The notes beneath the pieces were generated by a model. It made no database searches, was not told the origin of the DNA, and was given only the letters and a program-made list of their open reading frames with translations. This document shows positions 34,514 through 45,259 of a stretch of 64,000 nucleotides of DNA, in pieces. Numbering within the stretch: position 1 is the stretch's first letter; every line of letters begins with the position of its first letter. Made by a program: the position numbers and the translations under genes. The stretch comes from Squalus acanthias (lineage: Eukaryota), in the NCBI GenBank assembly GCA_030390025.1, contig CM059431.1, positions 69,006,001 through 69,070,000 of the forward strand, in the 5' to 3' direction.

Positions 34514-36581
34514 AGAGGATAGAAGATTGGGAAGTCTTCAAAAGACAGCAAAAAGTAACTAAAGGATTGATTAAGAAAGGGAAGATAGATTATGAAAATA
34601 AATTAGCAAAAAATATAAAAACAGATAGCAAGAGTTTCTATAGTTATATAAAAAGAAAAAGGGTGGCTAAGGCAAACGTAGGTCCCTTAGAGGATGAGAC
34701 CGGGAAATTAATGGTGGGAAACATGGAGATGGCAAAAATGCTGAACAAATATTTTGTTTCAGTCTTTACGGTAGAGGACACTAAGAATATCCCAACACTG
34801 GACAAACAGGGGGCTCTAGGGGGGGAGGAGCTAAATACGATTAAAATCACTAAGGAATTGGTACTCAGTAAAATAATGGGACTCAAGGCGGATAAATCCC
34901 CTGGACCTGATGGCTTACATCCTAGGGTCTTGAGGGAAGTGGCAGTAGGGATTGTGGATGCTTTGGTAATAATTTTCCAAAATTCCCTGGACTCAGCAAA
35001 GGTCCCGGCAGATTGGAAAACTGCTAATGTAACACCCTTATTTAAAAAGGGTAGTAGGCAGAAGGCTGGAAATTATAGACCAGTTAGCCTAACATCTGTA
35101 GTGGGTAAAATTTTGGAGTCTATTATTAAGGAGACAGTAACAGAACATTTAGATAAACATAATTTAATAGGACAAAGTCAGCATGGCTTTATGAAGGGGA
35201 AGTCATGTCTGACAAATTTGCTTGAGTTCTTTGAGGACATAACGTACAGGGTGGATAAAGGGGAACCAGTGGACGTAGTGTATTTAGACTTCCAGAAGGC
35301 ATTCGACAAGGTGCCACATAAAAGATTATTGCTCAAGATAAAAAATCACTGGATTGGGGGTAATATTCTGGCATGGGTGGAGGATTGGTTATCTAACAGG
35401 AAGCAGAGAGTTGGGATAAATGGTTCATTCTCAGACTGGCAACCAGTAGCCAGTGGTGTTCCGCAGGGGTCGGTGCTGGGTCCCCAACTCTTTACAATCT
35501 ATATTAACGATTTGGAGGAGGGGACCGAGTGTAACATATCAAAGTTTGCAGATGATACAAAGATGGGAGGGAAAGTAGAAAGTGAGGAGGACATAAAAAA
35601 CCTACAAGGGGATATAGACAGGCTGGGTGAGTGGGCGGAGATTTGGCAGATGCAATACAGTATTGGAAAATGTGAGGTTATGCACTTTGGCAAGAAAAAT
35701 CAGAGAGCAAGTTATTATCTTAATGGCGAGAAACTAGAAAGTCCTGCAGTACAAAGGGATCTGGGGGTCCTAGTGCAAGAAAATCAAAAAGTTAGTATGC
35801 AGGTGCAGCAGGTGATCAAGAAGGCCGACGGAATGTTGGCTTTTATTGCTAGGGGGATAGATTATAAAAACAGGGAGGTATTGCTGCAGTTATATAAGGT
35901 ATTGGTGAGACCGCACCTGGAATACTGCATACAGTTTTGGTGTCCATACTTAAGAAAAGACATGCTTGCTCTCGAGGCAGTACAAAGAAGGTTCACTCGG
36001 TTAATCCCCGGGATGAGGGGGTGGACATATGAGGAGAGGTTGAGTAGATTGGGACTCTACTCATTGGAGTTCAGAAGAGTGAGAGGCGATCTTATTGAAA
36101 CATATAAGATTGTGAAGGGGCTTGATCGAGTGGATGCGGTAAGGATGTTCCCAAGGATGGGTGAAACTAGAACTAGGGGGCATAATCTTAGAATAAGGGG
36201 CTGCTCTTTCAAAACTGAGATGAGGAGAAACTTCTTCACTCAGAGGGTAGTAGGTCTGTGGAATTTGCTGCCCAGGAAGCTGTGGAAGCTACATCATTAA
36301 ATAAATTTAAAACAAAAATAGACAGTTTCCTAGAAGTAAAGGGAATTGGGGGTTACGGGGAGCGGGCAGGAAATTGGACATGAGGCTGAGTTCGGATCGG
36401 TCAAGGCCCTGTGGGTGGCGGAGCGGGCCCAGGGGCTGAGTGGCCAGGTCCTGCTCCTACTTCTTGTGTTCTTTAGATTTGAGGTGAGGATCAGATCAGC
36501 CATGATCTTATTGAATGGCGGAGCAGGCTCGAAGGGCCGATTGGCCTACACCTGCTCCTATTTATGTCTTATGTTCTTATT
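34514..36581 (+). mobile_element. Young CR1 LINE, 5'-truncated (~2.07 kb)
   Basis: Long open RT frame, duplicated 3' UTR, ends in TATGTCTTATGTTCTTAT. Confidence 0.95.
34567..36300 (+). CDS. CR1 ORF2 reverse transcriptase domain (partial: no endonuclease, frameshift near the C-terminus)
   Basis: 577-aa open frame with [37 protein letters not shown] and FADD motifs. Confidence 0.9.
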   Translation: MIKKGKIDYENKLAKNIKTDSKSFYSYIKRKRVAKANVGPLEDETGKLMVGNMEMAKMLNKYFVSVFTVEDTKNIPTLDKQGALGGEELNTIKITKELVLSKIMGLKADKSPGPDGLHPRVLREVAVGIVDALVIIFQNSLDSAKVPADWKTANVTPLFKKGSRQKAGNYRPVSLTSVVGKILESIIKETVTEHLDKHNLIGQSQHGFMKGKSCLTNLLEFFEDITYRVDKGEPVDVVYLDFQKAFDKVPHKRLLLKIKNHWIGGNILAWVEDWLSNRKQRVGINGSFSDWQPVASGVPQGSVLGPQLFTIYINDLEEGTECNISKFADDTKMGGKVESEEDIKNLQGDIDRLGEWAEIWQMQYSIGKCEVMHFGKKNQRASYYLNGEKLESPAVQRDLGVLVQENQKVSMQVQQVIKKADGMLAFIARGIDYKNREVLLQLYKVLVRPHLEYCIQFWCPYLRKDMLALEAVQRRFTRLIPGMRGWTYEERLSRLGLYSLEFRRVRGDLIETYKIVKGLDRVDAVRMFPRMGETRTRGHNLRIRGCSFKTEMRRNFFTQRVVGLWNLLPRKLWKLHH

Positions 36582-36611
36582 ACCCCCAATCCCTAATTTT
36601 GTGTAATTGCT

Positions 36612-36867
36612 AGTGGAGAGTTAGAGCTGGGTGTCGTCCGCATACATGTGGAAGCTGACTCCCTATCTGCAGATGATGTTGCCAAAGGGCTGCATGTAGA
36701 TAAGGAAGAGGAGGTGGGCAAGGATAGATTCTTGGGGAACTCTGGAGGTAATAGTGCAGGGGAAGAGAAGCTGTTGGTGGAGATTCTCTGGCTGCAATTA
36801 GTGTGGTAAGAGTGGAACCAAGCGAGAGCGGTCCCACTGAGCAAGATGACGGAGGAGAGGTGTAGCA
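36612..36867 (-). mobile_element. L2 LINE RT fragment
   Basis: Homologous to 17510-17765 (LAWFHSY..., HMYADDTQL). Confidence 0.8.
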
Positions 36868-36877
36868 AGAGAACTAG

Positions 36878-37891
36878 TGTTAGAGATGGGGTTCTTATTT
36901 ATAATTTACTCCTCAAATCAAAAGGTTCTTAAATGTGGACTATCCGGTGTCACAGATTTATTAAGTGTACAGTACATGTATACATACACTTAAAAGGCAG
37001 TACTTACGGCAAAACCTTGCTGGTTTAATTGGGAATTCAAATGTGTTACAGTTCTGAGCTCAGTATCTTAGTCTTTTACGAATCCAGATTCTCATTACAA
37101 ACATAGCCAATTTTTATACAGTTTCTTACCCCCTTCACTTGACAGTCCACACAATTTTACATTACAGTTAAAATACAACTCCATATGATGAGAATTTAAT
37201 TGACTTATCCCTGATCAAACTTTAGTTTTCCTTACTTACAAGTTATGTTTACATAGACCAATACAACTCCCGTACTTTGTTATCTTCTCACTCTTGTTAC
37301 ATATAATTGCTATTCCAGCAAGTGAAATCATTGATTATGTCTGTCTTTGATTCAGTACCATTTCTCAGTCAATCTTCTGCTTCTAAAGAAGCACCAATTA
37401 AAAAGGATGATGTATATCTAGATGTTTTCCTTTGCAGAAGAAACTGTTTTTCCTGCACTTGTTAGCATGTCTTTTTAATTTAAGTTTACTGAAGTGACTA
37501 AACTGACCATTGCTGCAGGGTCAGTTTTGGCTCAATAGTCCAGTGGTACTTTAAATTGACTTAAACTTCCCTGCTTAACAGGCAAAGGCTAAAGGTTAAT
37601 ATTACTACAATTTAAAGAGAAATCAACAGCAGTATAAAATTAACAGACTGCAGGAGAGTTTGATTAACCCTTTCCTTCAATTAGTCTTTGTTTGTTATTC
37701 TCAATTCTGTTAAAGGGATTTACCTGTTTCTCCTTCATCTACTTCCACACCTCTTAACAGTCTGAAATATAACTTACACTTTACTCTGATTAAAGAATGA
37801 ACCTAGCTTTTTTTAAACTAATTAAGTTGCTAAAAACATATTTTTGTCATATTTAAAAAAATAATAATCTCAATTTAAAATTTTTTTTCCA
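36878..37891 (-). mobile_element. Possible solo LTR (~1.0 kb, AT-rich)
   Basis: TG...CA with a candidate 5-bp TSD ACTAG (36873-36877, 37892-37896); - strand TATAAAAA at ~37113 and AATAAA at ~36959. Weak terminal inverted repeat. Confidence 0.4.
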
Positions 37892-40235
37892 ACTAGTTAT
37901 AAAAGAAGTAAATCTGTCTTTTGAAACTAGTTTACTGCAATGCCTGTACTTGCATCCCTATTCAGGAAATGGCACGGTACTGTGATTAAAACAGGAAATG
38001 CTGTGATTATACAGCAAAACCATAAGCATCTACAAAGAGATAAAGTCTCAGGTGTAGACCATTTGTGAGAACTGGAAGTGAAGTGAGCCCCTTTAATAAC
38101 AAAATGGGAGGAGGCGGAAGAGAACAAAAGGCAGATGTCACAAATCAAATTTAGTGATGGTAAATTATGGATTATTTTATGCTATAACAGAATATTCAGT
38201 GGACAGTGGCTCAATTTCAATCCACATAGCAGTGTTGCCACTAGGATTTTAGTAATGTCATTATGAGCATTTGAAATTTTCATACCCTATCACCGTGACA
38301 TGTGAAAAATACCCACAAGTAGAATTACAGATTTTGAACCCCCTCCCCCTGCCCCCCAATCAGAGTTTTGTTTGGAGAAAGCATTTTGAGCTGTACAAGT
38401 CTAGGATGAAATACTAGTGGTTAAAGGTCTGCCGCTATTGATAATTGGTGGGAGCAATTTGATAGATAGTCTCATGCTCCTCTTGTGATAAATTAAGAGT
38501 ATCTTGCAACATTAAAGTGTATTGATTTAAGTGCAGCTGTAGCATATTGGTACCAATATGGTAAATGAGACTAATGGCACCACTGCAGAAGAACATAAGA
38601 AATAGGAGCAGGAGTAGGCCATTCAGTCCTTCGAGCCTGCTCCATCATTCAATAAGATCATGGCTGATCTTCTACCTTAACTCCACGTTCCCGTACTATC
38701 CCCATATCCCTTGGTTCCCTTAGTATCCAAAAATCTATCGATCTCTGTCTTGAATATACTCAACAACTGAGCATCCACAGCTCTCTGGGGTAGAGAATTC
38801 CAAAGATTCACAACCCTTTGCGTGAAGAAATTTCTCCTCATCTCAGTCCTAAATGGCTGGCCTCTTATTCTGAGACTATGACCCCTAATTCTAGACTCCT
38901 CGGTCAGGGAAAACATCCTCCCAGCATCTACCCTGTCAAGCCCCTTAAGAATTTTATATGTTTCAATAAGATCACCTCTCATTCTTATAAACTCTAGGGA
39001 ATATAGGCCCAGTCTACTCAATCTCCCCTCATAGGACAATCCCCCCATCCCAGGAATCAGTCTAGTGAACCTTTGTTGCACTCCCTCGATGGCAAGTAGA
39101 TCCTTCCTTAAGTAAGGAGACCAAAACTACAATTTACTCCAGGTGTGGTCTCGCCAAGGCTCTATATAATTGCAGTAAGACTTCTTTACTCTTATACTCC
39201 AATCCCTTTGTAATAAAGGCTAACCTACCATTTGCTTTCAAAATTGCTTGCTGTACCTGCATATTAACTTTCTGTGATTCATGTACAAGGACACCCAGGT
39301 CCCTCTGAGTACCAACATTTCCCAATCTCTCACCATTTAAAAACATTCTGCTTTTCTATTTTTCCCACCAAAGTGGATAACTTCGCATTTCTCCACATTA
39401 GAGTCCATCTGCCACTCATTTAACCTGTCTATATCCCTTTGCAGCCTCTTTGCGTCCTCCTCACAACTTACTTTCCCACCTAGTTTTGTATCATCAGCAA
39501 ACTTGGATATATTGCAATCGGTCCTCTCATCTAAGTAATTGATATAGATTGTAAATAGCTGAAGCCCAAGCACTGATCCTTGCGGTACCCCACTAGGTAC
39601 AGCCTGCCAACCCAAAAATGACCCGTTTATTCCTACTCTCTGTTTTCTGTCCGTTAACTGATCCTCAATCCATGCTAATATATTACCCTTAATCCCATGA
39701 GCCTTAATTTTGTGTAATAACCTCTTGTGTGGCACCTTCTCGAATGCTTTCTGAAAATCCAAATACACTACATCCACTGGTTCCCCCATATCTACTCTGC
39801 TAGTTACTACTTCAAAAAACTCTAGCAGATTTGTCACACAATTTCCCTTTCATAAATCCATGTTGACTCTGCCCAATCATATTATGGTTATCTAAGTGCC
39901 CTGTTACCACGTCCCTAATATTAGATTCGAGCATTTTCCCTACTATTGATGACAGGCTAACTGGCCTATACTTCCCTGTTTTCTCTCTCCCTCTCTTGAA
40001 TAGTGGGGTTAAATTTTGCTACCTTCCAATCCGTGGGGACCGTTCTAGAATCTAGGGAATTCTGGAAGATCAAAACCAATGCATCCACTATCTCTGTAGC
40101 CACCTCTGTTAAAACCCTAGGATATAGGCCATCAGGTCCAGGGGATGTGTCAGCTTTTAATCCAATTAATTTCTCCAGTACTATTTCTTTACTAATACTA
40201 ATTTCTTTAAGTTCCTCATTCTCACTAGACCCTTG

Positions 40236-40335
40236 GGGGGCGATTTTGCCAGCCCTGGGGAGGCGGGTTTGGAGGCGGGACTGCCGGGAAAATGGCAGAA
40301 TCTGGGGACGGATATCCATCCCGCCCCCAATCCTC
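40236..40335 (+). mobile_element. Isolated Harbinger terminus
   Basis: GGGGGCGATTTTGCCAGCCCTGGGGAGGCGGGTTTGGAGGCGGGAC matches the left ends at 4136 and 55171; the rest is deleted along with adjacent CR1 sequence. Confidence 0.8.
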
Positions 40336-40748
40336 AGGCTTACTACTCTTTTTTTAGCCACATTATAAGCCTTTTCCTTTAATCTAATACTATCTTTAAC
40401 TTGTCTTGGTAGCCACGGTTAGACCAATTTTCCCATAAGGTTTTTATACCTTAAGGGAAAGTATACTCATTATGAATTATTTCTTTAAATGTTTGCCATT
40501 TCTTATGTCCTATCATATCTTTTAATCTAGTTTCCCAATCTACCTTAGCCAACTTGCCTCGCATTCCTACGTAGTTTGGTTTGTTCAGATTTAAGACCTT
40601 AGTTTTGGACTTAACTAAATTCCTCTCAAACTCAATATAAAATTCTATCATATTATGATCACTCTTCCCCAGAGGCTCCTTTAATACAAGGTTATTAATT
40701 AACCCTTTCTCATTGCACAATACTAGATCTAAAATAGCCTGTTCCCTA

Positions 40749-42087
40749 ATAACAACAGAAAACGCTGGAAAAACTCAGCAGGCCAGGCAGCATCCGTGGA
40801 GAGAGAAACAGAGTTAACGTTTCAGGTCGAAGACCTTTTGTCAGAACTGGAAAAAAGCAGGAAATGAAATAGATTTAAAGCAAGTATAAAGCTGGGAAAA
40901 GGGGGAGGGGATGAAAGAACAAAGGGGAAGGTCAGTGGTGGGATAGAAAGCAGGAGAGATTAAGAGACATTGAGAGACATTAAGAGATAATCAAGGCAAG
41001 AGGAGGTGTTAATGTGACAGGTTGAGGCTAGATGAATCATGAGCAGCGAATACAGTATACTAAATTGCAGGAAGTACAAGTAAATCGCTGTTTCACCTGG
41101 AAGGGGTGTTTGGGGCCCTGGACAGTGGGAAGAGGGGAGGTATAAGGGCATGTGTTGCATCTCCTGCGCTTGCACGGGAAGGTGCCGGGCGAAGGGGAAG
41201 GGGTGCTGGGGGTGGTAGAGGAGTGGACTAGGGCGTCGCGGAGGGAGCGGTTTCCTGCGGAATGCTGAAAGGGGAGGTGAGGAGAAGATGCGTTTGGTGG
41301 TGGGATCACGCTGGATGTGGCGGAAATGGCGGAGGATGATCCGTTGAATGTGGAGGCTGGTGGGGTGTGGTCTCCTCTACATTGGAGAGACCAAACGCAA
41401 ATTGGGTGACTGCTTTGCGGAACACCTCCATTCAGTCCGTAAGGTGGTCCCCGAGCTCTCGGTGGCCTGTCACTTTAATTCTCCGCTCCACTCCCACTCT
41501 GACCTCACCGTCCTCGGCCTCTTGCATTGTTCCACGGAAGCTCAACGTAAGCTCGAGGAACAGCACCTCATCTTTCGTTTAGGCACCCTACAGCCCTCTG
41601 GACTCAACATCGAGGTCAACAATTTCAGATCATAACCTCGGCCCCTCGGCCCCTATCACATTTATATTTTTTTATTTTATTTTTCCATCCACCCTTTTGT
41701 TTGGCCCTTTTTTCCCTCCCAGAAAGCTGGCAGCTGTCCTTCATTCTGCCAGCGCATCTCACACTTCATCTAGCCTCAACCTGTCACATTAACACCTCCT
41801 CTTGCTTTGATTATCTCTTAATGTCTCTCAATGTCTCTTAATCTCTCCTGCTTTCTATCCCACCACTGACCTTCCCCTTTGTTCTTTCATCCCCTCCCCC
41901 TTTTCCCAGCTTTATACTTGCTTTAAATCTATTTCATTTCCTGCTTTTTTCCAGTTCTGACAAAAGGTCTTCGACCTGAAACGTTAACTCTGTTTCTCTC
42001 TCCACGGATGCTGCCTGGCCTGCTGAGTTTTTCCAGCGTTTTCTGTTGTTATTTTGGATTTCCAGCATCCACAGTATTTTGCTATCG
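40749..42087 (+). mobile_element. Penelope-like element, 5'-truncated, with 5' inversion and inverted terminal repeat
   Basis: 14-bp TSD TAGCCTGTTCCCTA (40735-40748, 42088-42101). GIY-YIG coding region split between strands (41037-41365 -, 41366-41635 +). ~285-bp inverted repeat, 40749-41037 vs ~41765-42052. Confidence 0.92.
41953..41989 (+). ncRNA. Minimal type-I hammerhead ribozyme motif with variant core CUGACAA; identical inverted copy at 40812-40848 (-)
   Basis: AGTT-CTGACAA-A-AGGTC-TTC-GACCT-GAAA-CGTT-AACT: helix I AGTT/AACT, helix II AGGTC/GACCT, palindromic AACGTT helix III. Confidence 0.7.
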
Positions 42088-42399
42088 TAGCCTGTTCCCT
42101 AGTTGGTTCCTCAACATACTGATCTAGAAAACTATCTTGAATGCATTCCATGAACTTGTCCTCCGCACTATTACTGCAAATTTGGTTTGCCCAGACTATA
42201 TGTAGACTAAAGTCCCCCATGATTGCTGTATTACTCTTGTTACATGCGCCTCTAATTCCCTGATTTATACTGTGCCCGACACTACAACTACTCCCACCAG
42301 TGCTTTCTGCCCCTTGTTGTTTCTTAGCTCCACCCAAAGTGATTCTACATCTTGTTTTTCCAAGCTAAGATCCTTTCTCTCTACTGTAACTACTTCTAT

Positions 42400-42760
42400 A
42401 AGTACAGAAAAAGGTAACTTGGGGTTCTATGTACAATTTTGATTGCCACACCTCAAAATAAACATCAGAGAGGGTGCAGAGAATAGCAACAAGAATGATC
42501 CTGAATGTAAAGTGATGAGCTACAATGAGAATGGAAACACTTAAACTAATTCTAGAGCTATACAGCTTAACGGTAGTTGCATCAAGCTTTGTATAAGATT
42601 AAATGGTATAGATAATTTGATCCCAGAATATTACTTCAAGATGAGTGACACCAGTAGGACAAGAAATTTTGTTTAAATTAGTGAAATGTAAATTCAGAAC
42701 GCATCGTAAAGAAAAATTATTTAATCATAGGGATATAAGCATTTGGAACAGTCGACCAAC
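42400..42760 (+). mobile_element. Old CR1 3' fragment
   Basis: ERVQRIATRMI-like and GQEILFKLVKCKFRT...WNS remnants. Confidence 0.55.
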
Positions 42761-42779
42761 TAAGCATACTTTCCAGCAG

Positions 42780-43010
42780 TGGTCAGTGGATAGCCATCAG
42801 GAGAAGGGAGCCTTGGCTGATGCTTCCTTGTTTTCTTTTTTGCTTTGCTCTCCCTAGCGTGGAGACACTGAAACCAATTGTAGAAACCCTACTGCCACCC
42901 CTGTTGAGATCTGCGATCTTATCCCAGATCAGATATTTAATCTGGAACCTTCCTGGTCTATAAGGCTCAGTAGTACACCATATGGTGCAATACCAACAGT
43001 CATCCAGGAA
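42780..43010 (-). mobile_element. Old tRNA-head SINE-like fragment
   Basis: Related pieces at ~31040-31130 (CAGTGGATAGCCATCAGGAG vs CACTGGATAACAATCAGGAG); degenerate tRNA-like head near 42930-43000. Confidence 0.4.
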
Positions 43011-43147
43011 GCTGTCACCCATAATGTTTTTATTATTAAAAAGAATAATGAAAGGGTTAAATATAATTATAATGAGGATTAGTATTTCAGTGCTCTGTGT
43101 TCAATAGCTGATACTATATTTCTTCATTTTCCAGACTAACTGTTGCA

Positions 43148-43191
43148 ATGGAGGAAATAATAAAAGGTTTGGAGAAGAACAGTCGATTACG
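43148..43191 (+). CDS. DEUP1: First coding exon of a CEP63-family gene, probably deuterosome assembly protein 1 (exon 43135-43191)
   Basis: Acceptor TTCTTCATTTTCCAG|ACT, Kozak-like GCAATGG, MEEIIKGLEKNSRL, and a phase-2 donor CG|GTATGC that joins in frame to 51609. Confidence 0.7.
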
Positions 43192-44125
43192 GTATGCTTC
43201 TTTGTTTTATGTTCTTTTTGCAATGAAGACAAACAAAAAGTGTATCGTGACAGTGGCTATAATGTGAGAGTCAAATTGTTATTTGAGTGCAGCCATTAAA
43301 AAGAAACTACACAACATTAAACTATCTGCATATATTGTATAATAATGCATAACCATGAGAACAAATGGTACTCAACTCTGCATAATGGCTTTGACAGCTA
43401 TAAAACCACTGAACAGTCACTCTTAAAACTCTTCAATAAAAATTTGTGAGGGAGGAGAGAGGAATAAACATGTAAATCAATCTTAAGCAAATACTGCAAC
43501 TCTACCTTGGGAAGGAGAGCAAAAAACTTTTAATTAAATAACTGGGATACAAATATAACTGTCAATTATATCTTTCAGTATCAGTAAGGTGTATAAAATA
43601 ACTCTATATGTATGTCATTTGATGATTTGCTTCAGTAAATTTGCTACATTATAGCGATAAGCACTGTTGCTGTAGCCTGACCACAATAAATATCAGAAAT
43701 GCGACTCCAGGTCCCAGACTACAGGGTTGAAATTCCTCAGGTTGTTTTCCCGGAGTTTGCAGGATCAGGGGGAGGGCAACTAATTAGAATAGGATAGGTT
43801 GGCACACTGCAGCTGCATCTCCAGCCTGCCCAGTGTAGCTGGAAACTCTGGTGCCTGACCACCATTGGGAGGGATTAACACTTTATTGTATTTTAGTGGT
43901 ACGTAGTTCATAGTTCAAACCTTAAACTATTGAAATGCAATAAGGTGTTATTTCTTCTAGTCTGGGAAAAACAAGTTAAGTATATAACAGACTGAAACTC
44001 CCTTAATTTGTATTTAGATTTGCAGAACCTTAATAATGTATTCTTTAGAAATACATAACTAATTGTATAAAAATGAAAATGTTAGGTTATTTGAAAATTA
44101 ATGGTAGTACACATATTGAAATGAA

Positions 44126-44866
44126 GGGCCGAAAATTGATCCCGGGACGCGAGAGTACGCACTGCGTACTCTCGCGTATTCCCACTCCAATTGCCGGTTT
44201 TCTGCATGCCCTGCGCATGCGCTGAAAACCGGCAATTGCTCTTCTGAAAAGGGGGCGGGTCCTGGGTGCATCGCGTGCGCGCTACAGGCTGCGCGCACGC
44301 TGTGCACTTCATGCTTTGGACGCGCAGGTAAGTAGGGAAGATTTTGGAAATGTAAAAAGGAGGAGTAAGACCCGCTTTTAAGAAGGTAAGTAGTGAATTA
44401 AGTATTTTTTTGAATTTTTTTTTACAGGTATATCTTTTTTAGAGACTTTAAAGACAGGTAAGTTTATTTTTATAACTTTTTAAAAGATTTTAAATTTTTT
44501 CAAAAATTTAATTTTTTATTTAAAATGGTTAATTTAATTAACTATACTTATTTTATTAATGTGATGGTTTTTTTTTAATTTAATTGAGGTTTAGCTGTTA
44601 TTTTGGGGGGGTGTAAGATTCATAGATTTCACAGGGTGCTGTGAAACTTATGAATGGAAGATGGTGTGCTGCCATTGGCTCTAACTGAGTCACGTGATCC
44701 CACAGCTCGCACGAATTCACTACGCCGCTGGGATACGCAAGCACTGCCCAGCTGATCTCTAGAACATGAAGTTCGTGCGAGCTGGATCTGAAAAAGCACA
44801 AGCGAGGTGAGAGATCGCGGGAAAGCCTTACCCCCACGGGAACAGAGCGAGATCAATTTCTGGGCC
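44126..44866. mobile_element. Harbinger-type MITE (741 bp)
   Basis: TIRs GGGCCGAAAATTGATC / GATCAATTTCTGGGCC; 3-bp TSD GAA; CpG-rich palindromic ends and an AT-rich core. Confidence 0.88.
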
Positions 44867-45259
44867 GAAGTGTTCCTGATTTCTAGGGTTTGCATACCTG
44901 ATTTTCAAATTTGCAGATTGGGAGATTTGGTGGTTAAAATGGCCCTGGCTGCTTTCTCCCACGTGCAGGTAAGATGTTGAGGGAGCTAGCAGGAGAGCAC
45001 ATGGCGGTGCTGTCCTGAGAGACAGCATTATCATGCATGTACACCCCTGCCAGACCATAGTACTGGGCACAGCCCTGGTTCGCCCCTTTCTACTCTGATA
45101 CCTAAAACATCTATGGCAGCAGTCACAGCTGCCATGCTGGAAGGTACGACTTCCTTAGATCTTCTAATGGGGAGTCTTTGCTGCAGATTTTTCTGGAGCT
45201 GCCCCCTGTATGGCTAGTGCCACAGATGTGGAGAATGGGTCCCTCCCCAACTAAGGTAA

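Larger units (their letters stand above)
38590..42390 (-). mobile_element. CR1 LINE (endonuclease remnant to 3' tail), interrupted by a Harbinger end and a Penelope insertion
   Basis: IMGDF...FLDQYVEEPTR (42100-42230), PLGKSDHNMIEF (40451-40720), RT motifs 38677-40230, tail at 38590. Confidence 0.92.

Noticed and set aside
33428-36581. Single CR1 with a twin-priming 5' inversion
   Set aside because: Both halves have their own 3' tails, overlap in RT coverage and differ in sequence, so they are two elements.
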